Both the position numbers and the translations under genes were made by a program. This document shows positions 22,251 through 32,701 of a DNA stretch of 64,000 nucleotides, piece after piece. Position 1 is the first letter of the stretch; each line of letters opens with the position of its first letter. A model generated the notes under the pieces. The model saw only the letters and a program-made list of their open reading frames with translations. It ran no database searches and had not been told where the DNA came from. The DNA is taken from the NCBI GenBank assembly GCA_965217895.1, contig CBDCJV010000002.1, positions 4,512,001 to 4,576,000 of the forward strand, read 5' to 3'. This stretch comes from Waterburya sp. GTDB lineage: Bacteria; Cyanobacteriota; Cyanobacteriia; Cyanobacteriales; Xenococcaceae.

Positions 22251-23135
22251 ATGTCATCTTCATCACATAACCAAAAAAACAGCCTATATGCTTTAGAAGT
22301 CTCTAGTAGTCGTCCCCGCACTATTATTGACAAATTGCTAACTATTCTGGCTTTTTCCTTGCTAGGTATAGCTTTGTTACCTTTAGTATTAGTAATTGCC
22401 TATGTAATCATCAAAGGCGCAAGTCGTTTTAACTTAAACTTGTTTACCCAGTTGCCTCCTGCTGCTTTTCAAGAAGGTGGTGGTGTGGCTAATGCAATTG
22501 TCGGTACGCTCATCTTAGTTGGTATTGCTGCTGCTATTAGTATTCCGATTGGGGTGTTAGCAGCAGTTTATCTATCGGAGTTTGCACCTAAAAGAGTTGC
22601 TCGTTGGATTCGTTTTGCTACTAATGTTTTAAGTGGCGTACCTTCAATTGTCGTAGGCATCTTTGCCTATGGCGCGATTGTCCTTAGAACCGGCACTTTT
22701 TCGGCATTTGCAGGTGGTTTTGCCCTGGCAATATTAATGCTGCCGATAATTGTGCGTACCACTGACGAGGCTTTGCAGATAGTTCCTCAAGAAGTTCGCT
22801 GGGCATCGGTTGGTGTTGGTGCTTCTAATTTTCATACGGTACTTAAAATAGTTTTACCCGCAGCCTTACCTGCCATTGTAACAGGAACAACACTGGCGAT
22901 CGCTCGTGCAGCAGGAGAAACTGCACCTTTAATCTTCACTGCCTTATTTACCCAGTTTTGGCCTAATGGTTTATTTGAACCGATTCCCTCTCTTTCGGTT
23001 TTAATTTATAACTTCGCTACTGTTCCCTACCAAAGCCAGAAAGAGCTTGCTTGGGCAGCATCATTGATTTTGGTATTGATGATTCTAATTGCCAGTATTC
23101 TTTCCCGTTGGGCAACCCGCAAGAGTGTTTATTAA
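22251..23135 (+). CDS. pstA: Phosphate ABC transporter permease PstA
   Basis: GVPSIVVG, ARAAGETAP. Confidence 0.95.
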   Translation: MSSSSHNQKNSLYALEVSSSRPRTIIDKLLTILAFSLLGIALLPLVLVIAYVIIKGASRFNLNLFTQLPPAAFQEGGGVANAIVGTLILVGIAAAISIPIGVLAAVYLSEFAPKRVARWIRFATNVLSGVPSIVVGIFAYGAIVLRTGTFSAFAGGFALAILMLPIIVRTTDEALQIVPQEVRWASVGVGASNFHTVLKIVLPAALPAIVTGTTLAIARAAGETAPLIFTALFTQFWPNGLFEPIPSLSVLIYNFATVPYQSQKELAWAASLILVLMILIASILSRWATRKSVY

Positions 23136-23162
23136 ACAACTAACAACTAACTAATCAATATC

Positions 23163-23978
23163 ATGCCTATTCAAGAAGAAAAACAATCTCAATCTCAGCA
23201 AACAGAAACGATTTTAAAAGCCGAGGATATCACTGTTTCCTATGATGACTTTGCTGCGTTGCGAGGAGTCTATATGGAAGTTCCTAAAAATCAGGTTACG
23301 GCTTTGATTGGTCCTTCAGGCTGTGGGAAAAGTACCCTTATACGCTGTTTCAATCGTCTCAATGATTTAATTGATGGTTGCAAAGTAAAAGGTAAAGTAA
23401 TCTACCGCGATAAAAATCTTTATGGCGATAACATCGATCCTGTAGAAGTGCGCCGAAGGATTGGTATGGTGTTTCAAAAGCCCAATCCATTTCCTAAATC
23501 GATCTATGAAAATATTGCTTACGGTGCGCGGATCAATGGTCATGAAGGTGATATGGACGATTTAGTAGAAAAGTCTTTGAGACAGGCAGCTATTTGGGAT
23601 GAAGTTAAAGATAAGCTCAAGCAAAGCGGTTTATCTTTATCTGGGGGACAGCAGCAGCGTTTATGTATTGCCCGCGCGGTTGCTCTTAAGCCCGATGTGG
23701 TACTAATGGATGAGCCTTGTTCTTCTCTCGATCCCGTATCTACTAGCAAGGTAGAAGATTTGATTCACGATCTAAAAGAAGAATATACGATTATTATTGT
23801 GACTCATAATATGCAGCAAGCTACTAGAGTTGCAGACATGACTGCATTTTTTAATGCTGAAGCAGGAGATTCGGGAAATCGCTTTGGTTATTTAGTGGAA
23901 TACGACAAAACAGAAAATATTTTTGATAATCCTCAAGAAGAATCAACTCAGAAGTATGTTAGTGGGCATTTTGGTTAA
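23163..23978 (+). CDS. pstB: Phosphate ABC transporter ATP-binding protein PstB
   Basis: [30 protein letters not shown]. Confidence 0.95.
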   Translation: MPIQEEKQSQSQQTETILKAEDITVSYDDFAALRGVYMEVPKNQVTALIGPSGCGKSTLIRCFNRLNDLIDGCKVKGKVIYRDKNLYGDNIDPVEVRRRIGMVFQKPNPFPKSIYENIAYGARINGHEGDMDDLVEKSLRQAAIWDEVKDKLKQSGLSLSGGQQQRLCIARAVALKPDVVLMDEPCSSLDPVSTSKVEDLIHDLKEEYTIIIVTHNMQQATRVADMTAFFNAEAGDSGNRFGYLVEYDKTENIFDNPQEESTQKYVSGHFG

Positions 23979-24413
23979 TTTAGTAATTAATAATTATCAG
24001 CAGTTTAAGTTACAGATAATACTGAATTTAAAATTTCAAGTTGCTTAAATAAACCTAAGCTTAACTGTTGATTAACCTTCGGGTTTTAAGATTAGAATCA
24101 AAGGTAATTCTTGATAGCGATCGCCTGTATTTATGCGATTGATTGCGGTCGTGTAATCATATTTTAAAGTTGCTAAAAGTCTTGTCTTGTTTGAGTTTAG
24201 TCAAAGGCAAGACATACATTTGTTCTAGTTGTGCTAGATAAGTTTTAATTAATTTATGACTTTTGATAGAGACATTATAAGCAATAAAAGGCTAAAAAAA
24301 TTTGTATTTTGTTGAAAGCAAGGCAGTAAAATTCTGATTATTATTATTTTACTTTTTCATCAATAAATTATTGTTTATATTGAATGTATAACGTCCTTTA
24401 GTAGAGATAAAAA

Positions 24414-26825
24414 ATGGTTTCAACTCCAACTAATGCTCAACAAATTGAACAAGCGACTTTAACCTCTGAAGAACTAAGAAAAATAGATGCCTACTGGCGC
24501 GCCTGCAACTATCTGGCACTCGGCATGATTTATTTGCAAGATAATCCTTTACTTAAAGAGCCTCTTAAATCAGAACACATCAAGCAACGTTTGCTAGGAC
24601 ATTGGGGTGCATCTCCCGCTCTCAGCTTTACCTATATTCATCTTAATCGTCTGATTAAAAAATATGACCTCAACAGTATTTTTATTGCAGGACCTGGACA
24701 TGGTGCGCCTGGGGTGTTGGGTCCTGTATATTTAGAGAGGAGATATTCCGAAGTATATCCTGACAAAAGCCAAGATATACAAGGGATGCAAAAGTTTTTC
24801 AGACAGTTTTCTTTTCCTGGCTATATTGGCAGTCATTGCACCCCAGAAACTCCTGGGTCAATCCATGAAGGCGGTGAATTGGGCTACAGTATCTCCCATG
24901 CCTACGGTGCAGTTTATGATAATCCCGATCTAATCGCTGCTTGCGTTGTGGGTGATGGAGAAGCGGAAACGGGACCTTTAGCAACGGCATGGCATTCCAA
25001 CAAATTTCTCAATCCGATACGTGATGGTGCGGTACTGCCGATTTTAAACTTAAACGGCTATAAAATTGCCAATCCAACAATTTTGGCTCGTATTAGCTCT
25101 GAAGAACTGGAATATCTCTTTCGGGGTTATGGCTATACTCCCTATGTGGTCGAAGGTTCAGATCCTAAGACAATGCACCAAAAGATGGCAGCGACGATGG
25201 AGGAGTGTATTAGCAAAATTCGCGAGATTCAATCAGAAGCCCGCAGTCAAAATAAGGCTTTTCGTCCTCGTTGGCCGATGATCGTTCTCCGAACTCCTAA
25301 AGGTTGGACAGCACCAGATAGAGTTGACGGCAAGAAGGTAGAGGGCTTTTGGCGGGCGCACCAAGTGCCTCTAGAGGGAATGCACGAAAATCCCGAACAT
25401 CTGCAATTGTTAGAACAGTGGATGAAAAGCTATAGACCAGAAGAGTTATTTGATGAGCAAGGAACTTTGATTCCTGAACTACAAGAGTTAGCACCAAAAG
25501 GCGATCGCCGTATGAGTGCCAATCCGATAGCCAACGGCGGTTTGGTACGTAAAGATCTATTAATGCCCGACTTTACAGAGTTTGGGGTAACGATAGACCA
25601 GCCAGGAAGAGTTAAGGCAGAAAATACTAGGGTGTTGGGTAAGTTTTTACGGGAAGTAATGCGTCACAACATGACTAACTTCCGTGTCTTTGGTCCCGAT
25701 GAAACTGCTTCTAATCGTTTGGCAGATATCTATGATGTTACTAAAAAAACCTGGCTAGCCGATTACCTACCTGAAGACGAAGACGGCAGTATGTTATCTC
25801 CTGAAGGTAGAGTGATGGAGATGTTGAGCGAACATACCTTAGAAGGTTGGTTAGAAGGATATTTGTTGACTGGTAGACATGGTTTCTTCGCTAGCTACGA
25901 GGCTTTTATTCATATAATTAGCTCAATGTTTAACCAGCACGCAAAATGGTTGGATATCTGCAAAAAAGAAGTTTCCTGGCGTGCGCCTGTTTCCTCTCTG
26001 AATATCCTGCTTTCTTCGGTAGTTTGGCGACAGGATCATAACGGTTTTTCCCACCAAGATCCAGGCTTTATTGATGTAGTGACTAATAAAAGTGCCGATG
26101 TTACCCGCATCTATTTTCCACCCGACGCTAACTGCCTATTATCCGTTGCCGACCATTGTTTAAAAAGTAAGGGTTACGTCAACGTAATTATTGCCGATAA
26201 ACAGAATCATCTACAGTATTTAACCATGGATGAAGCAGTTAAGCACTGTACCAAAGGCATTGGGATCTGGAATTGGGCAAGTAACGATGACTGTGGCACA
26301 CAGGCAGATGAACCTGATGTAATTATGGCTTGCTGTGGTGATATTCCAACAATGGAGTCATTGGCAGCCACCGCAATCTTACGTCGAGAATTTCCCGAAC
26401 TGAAGGTCAGGTTTATTAACGTAGTCGATCTCTATAAATTACAATCAGAAGCCCAACATCCTCATGGTTTGTCAAATAAAGAGTTTGATATTCTATTTAC
26501 TGCTGAAAAGCCAGTAATTTTCAACTTTCACGGTTATCCTTGGTTGATTCACAAATTGGCTTACCGTCGTACTAATCAAGATCGCATCCACGTTCGAGGT
26601 TATAAAGAACAGGGCAATATTAATACTCCACTCCAGCTTGCCATTATCAATCAAATCGATCGCTTTGATTTAGTTATCGATGTAATAGACCGCGTTCCTA
26701 GTTTGGGTTCTCGTGCTGCCCACGTCCGCGAAAGAATGAAGGACGAAATTATCGACAACCTAGCTTATGCAAAGGAACATGGCATGGATAAGCCAGAAAT
26801 TTCTAACTGGAAGTGGGGAGATTGA
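24414..26825 (+). CDS. xfp: Phosphoketolase
   Basis: [34 protein letters not shown]. Confidence 0.95.
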   Translation: MVSTPTNAQQIEQATLTSEELRKIDAYWRACNYLALGMIYLQDNPLLKEPLKSEHIKQRLLGHWGASPALSFTYIHLNRLIKKYDLNSIFIAGPGHGAPGVLGPVYLERRYSEVYPDKSQDIQGMQKFFRQFSFPGYIGSHCTPETPGSIHEGGELGYSISHAYGAVYDNPDLIAACVVGDGEAETGPLATAWHSNKFLNPIRDGAVLPILNLNGYKIANPTILARISSEELEYLFRGYGYTPYVVEGSDPKTMHQKMAATMEECISKIREIQSEARSQNKAFRPRWPMIVLRTPKGWTAPDRVDGKKVEGFWRAHQVPLEGMHENPEHLQLLEQWMKSYRPEELFDEQGTLIPELQELAPKGDRRMSANPIANGGLVRKDLLMPDFTEFGVTIDQPGRVKAENTRVLGKFLREVMRHNMTNFRVFGPDETASNRLADIYDVTKKTWLADYLPEDEDGSMLSPEGRVMEMLSEHTLEGWLEGYLLTGRHGFFASYEAFIHIISSMFNQHAKWLDICKKEVSWRAPVSSLNILLSSVVWRQDHNGFSHQDPGFIDVVTNKSADVTRIYFPPDANCLLSVADHCLKSKGYVNVIIADKQNHLQYLTMDEAVKHCTKGIGIWNWASNDDCGTQADEPDVIMACCGDIPTMESLAATAILRREFPELKVRFINVVDLYKLQSEAQHPHGLSNKEFDILFTAEKPVIFNFHGYPWLIHKLAYRRTNQDRIHVRGYKEQGNINTPLQLAIINQIDRFDLVIDVIDRVPSLGSRAAHVRERMKDEIIDNLAYAKEHGMDKPEISNWKWGD

Positions 26826-26855
26826 TGAACATTGAGCATTAAACATTGACCACTG

Positions 26856-26908
26856 GTGACAAGTTAAGAATGTGTGTTGACTAGAACTATTTTTTCTTAA
26901 CTTGTCAC
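26856..26908. repeat. 15-bp inverted repeat (possible terminator or processing hairpin)
   Basis: GTGACAAGTTAAGAA...TTCTTAACTTGTCAC. Confidence 0.55.
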
Positions 26909-26928
26909 GACTAAAGATTGACTGATAA

Positions 26929-27210
26929 ATGGTAAATGAAATGACGTTATCTCAGGACAGATTGGAGCAACATATTGTGATTGAAGATGACCGTGCTGGT
27001 TTAGATCCTGCTACGATTAAAAGAGCGATCGCCGATAATTTGTTCTATCTTCAGGGTAAGTCGGCTAAAACCGCATCTTTGAATGATTATTATTTGGCTT
27101 TGGCTTATACAATTCGCGATCGCCTGATGCCAGGTTGGTTAGCGACAGCGCAAACTTATTTAGCTTCAAACATCAAGACAGTTTGTTATTTTTCTGCCGA
27201 GTACCGATGA
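26929..27210 (+). pseudogene. glgP: Glycogen phosphorylase N-terminal stub
   Basis: IADNLFYLQGK...DYYLALAYTIRDRL...KTVCYFSAE, then similarity ends. Confidence 0.85.
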
Positions 27211-30200
27211 TGGTTATGCAGTAAGTGATGCTTCTATCGTCGAGATTAACGTCAGCGATGCACCGTTAACTAGCCTTGATTTTGTCGAGCGTAATCCGAA
27301 GTTAGAGGTAGGCGATCGGGTTGAATTGCAGGTGATTGCTGACTTTGCCGACCAAAAAGATGTAATTGTTCCTGGGGATTATCTCAACTGGAGTTCTGAG
27401 TCTGAAGCTGTGGCAACGGTCAGCGATCGCGGAGTAGTCACTGGTGTTAGTAACGGCACTACGATCTTTAGCATCGAACGTAACGGCTTGAGTGCTGTAA
27501 CCGCTTCTAGAGTCGGTCAAGCAGGATTTCCTGGCACCGAAGCTGAATTAAATACGGCGATCGCTGAATACTATGGCTTGGATGTTTATCCCGATGCTAG
27601 TACTTTGACTATTGGCACAGAGAGACAAATATTGGTCGGCTATGCCTATGTAGGAGATTATCGTAGTGGAAGTATTTATATAGTCGATATTGATTCAACA
27701 TCGGATACCTATCATCAGGTAGTTGAAATAATTAATATTGCCGATGCAGCCAACGGATTCCATTCACTAGCAGTTAGCAGCAATGGTAAGAAGTTATTTG
27801 CTAGCGTGCCTAGTGGTAATTCAAAAGCAGATAAAGGCAAAGTTTATGTCTTCAATATTGATTCTGAAGACAAGCCCAAAGAATTAGAGAATGAACCAGG
27901 ACAATTTGAACCCAATACCCAGAAATGGCATGATGTTATTGGCGTGCTAGAAGTAGCCAAAGGAGTTGAGGGAATATCCGCCACACCAGATCCTAACGTG
28001 ATGGTGTTTACTAATCGCTTTGAGGATTTTCAAGGTTTTGGTCGGATTAAAATTACTGGTGACGAGCCGACTCAATTTGCTGCCAGTGTTAGCTATACAG
28101 CTCTAGGATTGGGAAGTACAGGGGATTACTTTGATGTTAACGAAGGATTCGATACTGTTGTTACTAGTGATGGTAAATATGCCTTCGTTGCAGGTAGAAA
28201 TGCTCGTAATTTTGGTAGTGGTGCGCCTAGTATTGATGGACCAAAAACGGAAAATGCCAAGCTGGTTGCTGCCACCAGACCGATTCCCAATGCTTGGACC
28301 AGCAGTATTACTATTTCTAGCGACGATAAGTATCTATTTGCATCCTATCCAGGGGTAGGTGGGGTTTATGCTTGGGACGTAGAGGAGATGATCTCGACTA
28401 TTGACGATCCTAGTTCTTATCAAATCGATCATCGGGGACGAGGAGTAGCTTCTCCAGTTTTTCTTCCTTCTACACAAAAAAGTGCCACTAAAGCCGATTT
28501 CAGTAGTGTCCCGATTGATAATATTAACCCTGATATTACCATCGCTTCAGATCTACAGTTGACTAAAGACAATTTGCGGTTTGATGGTTTTGAATATGTC
28601 AATGATGTGGAGTTTGGTGTACCTGAAGATTCAACTCGCGCACCATTAACCATAGGTGGTAATCCTTGGTCGGTGGCAAATGTAAATCATCGCGATTGGT
28701 TAGAACTAGAAAATGAACAATGGAAAGAAATAGAATATAGTGCGACATCTGATGATGATGGTAATGTAACGATTAAACCAACATGGGTTGATTCATCTTC
28801 TGCTAATATCCCAGTTCCTCCAACTTCTCTCGATGAAACAGTTTCAACCTCAAAACTACAAACTTTACCAGAACTCGAACCAATATTCGTACCAGCGGGC
28901 GAACCAGCACCACCCATCAAAATACCCAGGATAAAACCAGGTACAGGTTTAGTAATTGGAATTGGGCTTGCCGTACTTACTTGGTTGATTACAACCAGTG
29001 ATGTAGTCGAGGTTGAATTGAACATCAGTACTTCGCCTTCTGGAGAGGGTCTATTTAGTGAAGAAGATGATTTTGTTCAACGACCACCTGCTGCGGGGAT
29101 TAAAGAGGACGATTTAAAAACTACTAAAAATGGAATTGATGACTATAATCCCAATCGAATTTATAGTGCAAAATGGATATCCGCTGGTCCTGGCAACGAT
29201 TTAGGAAGATGGCTAGTAAATGGAAAACTTATTGAAGCTTTATTACCTCCTACTGTTTTCCCGTTTGCACATTTACTAAATCTGACTGCTGGACAAAAGT
29301 ACTTCTATGGTGTGCGAGCGAAAAGTCAAACCAAGGGTTGGGAAACTGAAAATGGTGGGGAATTCACCTTACCGTTAGCTGATGTTAAAGGTCGTAATGA
29401 TATTGGTGGCATACCACTTCCAGGGGGAGCAACAGCCTATAGTAGCGTCACCTTTATTACTCCCGAAGCAAGTGCTTTGGATCCTCAAGGTTTAGTAAAA
29501 GCCAATGCAATCGCTCAAAAGATAGTTACGGATATTGAAGGCGACGCTGACGGAGAAAACACTGTTAATGGAACGGTTTTAAAATACGATCCCGATACTG
29601 GAAAATGGGATAAAGTTTCAGGCGATCGCGGATTGGGTAAACCGCTAGTTTTGATAGCTGATTGGTCTCAAGATTCTGTTGCCGAAAATTATAATTCTGG
29701 TTTTGCTGAGGGTGCAGCCGATAGTTTATTTGCCTCACTAGTAGAAGAAAATAGTGTCTTTAAGGGGGTAAATGAAGATGCGTTATTTGATTCTCCATTC
29801 CACTTTATCGGTATGGGCAGAGGTACGGTAGTAAATAGCGAAATTATCCAAAGGTTGGGAACTTTCTATCCTAAGCCTGTCGAGCCAGATAATTTTGAAG
29901 ATCCTAATTACAAGAACCGAAATAAGTTTCCCGATCTGCAAATGACCACCATCGATCCTAACGATTTCAAGCAGTCAAATATTGCAGGATTGTCATTAAA
30001 TAATTTCTACGACCCAGCAATTCAGGTTTGGGATAATGTTACTTACGCAGATAATTACTATCAAACTGCTAGCTCTAGTAATCCTAGAGGCAGACATATT
30101 AGTAATACAATTCCCGAATATTTTCTACCACCTGACAGCACTAACTATATCAACGAACCAGATTTGTCAGTTCATTTAGGTGGTTATGAAGAAAACAGCA

Positions 30201-32137
30201 ATCAGCTTCTCGAACGCAGTCGAGTTGGATTTACTCCCGATAGGGCAGAACAGCCTGCTGATGGCAAGAATCCCCATAACAGAACCGATACTTGGTATGG
30301 CGGTACGGTTAATGTCAGTTGGGATAGAGATAATAATCCCTTTAACGCACCGATACACCGCCGAAAAGGAGACTTTAGTGATACTGAACTCAACCCCGAC
30401 CCCAATTATCTCTATCCTTGGTATACGCCTACTCATATTCCCAATCTAGAAGTGGGAGATGAAAAAGCGCAGTGGGAAGGAATTGGTACGGGTTGGTACT
30501 ATTCTCCTCAAGGTGGTGGTTATAACAGACGTGCTTTGACTTTGGATTCTCCACAGTCGGTTACAGCCTCTGATAATTCTCCACGTACTCCATTAGGGTA
30601 TGACAATACAATAGAAGCTAGACAACGTGGTGATTTTGCCGTTCCTACTTTGTTTGATGGGAATTTTGACGCGATTTATGCCAAAAATCCTGCTCAACCT
30701 ATTCCTGGTTGGACTAATGATGGTTCTGAAAAGAATTTGCAAAAGTACCTGAAATCTGGAGTGGCTGACAATCAGAGTTATGCTTTGGAGTTGGGTAACG
30801 GTTTAGATGAGATTACTCATAATCCTTTTGTTGTTCCTGATTGGGGTACTTTACGTTTCGATATTCATACTGGAGACGTACCAGCAACTTCAACTGATAG
30901 GTTACAGGTTACTATACAAGCAACGGATGGTAGTGAAGTTTCAACTCAAATTGAGCTTCAAGAGGCTGGAGGCACAGCAGGTCAATATTTGAATGATACA
31001 CGTCGAATTAGCTATGGAGAAACTGGTTTTGAAACCTTTACTTTAGATGTACCAGATGAATTACGGGGTAAAGTTGCAACTCTAAAATTTGAGCTTACAG
31101 GTGGTCAAGAGGTTTATTTAGACAATGTTTTCTTTAAGAGTCAACATTTATTGTTTGGTAATCCATCGGAAGCTAGAAAACCAGATAATCCAGAATTAAA
31201 TAAAAACAATTATCTACTAGAAAAACCTCAATATGCTGTTTCATATAATGACAGTACTAAACAGCCAAATTTAGTAAGTTGGCAAGTAAATCAGGATTGG
31301 GTAGGAACAGGCAGAGATGCTGATTGGGGACAAGATGAAACTCTACCTGATGACTGGTATAAAGTTACGGATAGTGATTACAAAGCAACAAACTTAAATA
31401 ATCTTTTTGATGATTTTGATTTATTTGGGAATCCCCTATTTGAGGCTCCAGGAACTCCTCAATTAGTATCTTATAATCGAGGACATTTAACTCCTAATCG
31501 GGCTCGAAATCGCAATCGTAAAGATTCGCAATCGACTTTCTTATTTAGTAATGCTTTGCCCCAACATCCTAATGCAAATCAAGGTGGTTCTCCTTGGTTT
31601 AATCTTGAAGAAGATTTAAGAGATATTTATGTTGATAGAAATAACGATGAACTTTATATTACCGCAGGTTCATTAGGAACAAAAACTCAGCCAGTAGAAG
31701 GTGGAATACCTGGAGAAACCGAACCCGTCCAAATTCCGTTACCAAATGATAACATTAGCACTCCAAATGAAAAATTTATCAATGTACCTCAATACATTTG
31801 GCAATTCGTTTTAGTTTTAGACCAACCAGGATACGGTTTAGAAGATGTAATTGATGGAACAACAACAGCAGAAGCCATTGCTGTAATGATGCCTAACTAT
31901 AAATATAGTGATGCGATGACTACTCAACCCATCACTTTACCTACTGGCAAAGTAGTTAATATTAACTCTTTCGATGATTGGAAAAATTGGGAAACATGGC
32001 GAGTAAATGGTAACGATCTCGAATCGGTTACTGGCTATAATTTTCTATCTAATTTGCCAGAGTTATTACAAGATAATATTGAAGAAGCTGGGGTAAGTCC
32101 TTCATTGACAGCACCTTTATTAGCAGAATCGGCAGAA

Positions 32138-32701
32138 TTATCCACAATTGAGATTCCGAATACTACCGTCGGGCATAATAGTATCGCAAAAAATAGCACG
32201 ATCAGTGTCAACATCCCATTCAACACCAGTCAAATCAGTCTTGATGAAAATAGCGTTGGTCAAGGTAACGTGTTCTATTCTGGCTCTACGCAAAGTAGCC
32301 TTGGTGAAATTAACTCCGTGGAAAGTACACTCCATGATGACAGTATCGTCCATATTGGCTCTGTAAAAGATAGCTCCACGGACAAAAGACTCAGAGAAAT
32401 GAGTTTCACTCAAGTCGGCATCGATGAAAATTCCTTCATAAATTTGAGTCCCGCTCAAGTCAGCCCTACTCAAATTAGCTCCAGTGAAGTTGACTTCTTC
32501 GAGTTTAGCCCCACTGAGGTAGGCGTTGGTGAAATTGCTCCCACTCAGATTAGCGTTCCTAAAATCAGCCCCACTGAGGTAGGCGTTGGTGAAATTGCTC
32601 CCACTCAGATTAGCGTTCCTAAAATCAGCCCGAATAATTCTAATCTCACTAAAATCTCTTTCGCCAGCAGCATATCTCCTGAGCAATTCTTCTCTGTCCA
32701 T
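32138..32701 (-). CDS. Pentapeptide-repeat protein nested antisense in the giant ORF
   Basis: Typical N-cap MDREELLRRYAAGERDF, A(D/N)LSG repeats, C-cap AIFCDTIMPDGSIRN. AGGTG RBS 7 nt upstream of ATG. Confidence 0.88.
   Translation of the reverse strand: MDREELLRRYAAGERDFSEIRIIRADFRNANLSGSNFTNAYLSGADFRNANLSGSNFTNAYLSGAKLEEVNFTGANLSRADLSGTQIYEGIFIDADLSETHFSESFVRGAIFYRANMDDTVIMECTFHGVNFTKATLRRARIEHVTLTNAIFIKTDLTGVEWDVDTDRAIFCDTIMPDGSIRNLNCG
32507..32626. repeat. Perfect 60-bp tandem duplication
   Basis: AGCCCCACTGAGGTAGGCGTTGG...CCTAAAATC twice. Confidence 0.95.
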
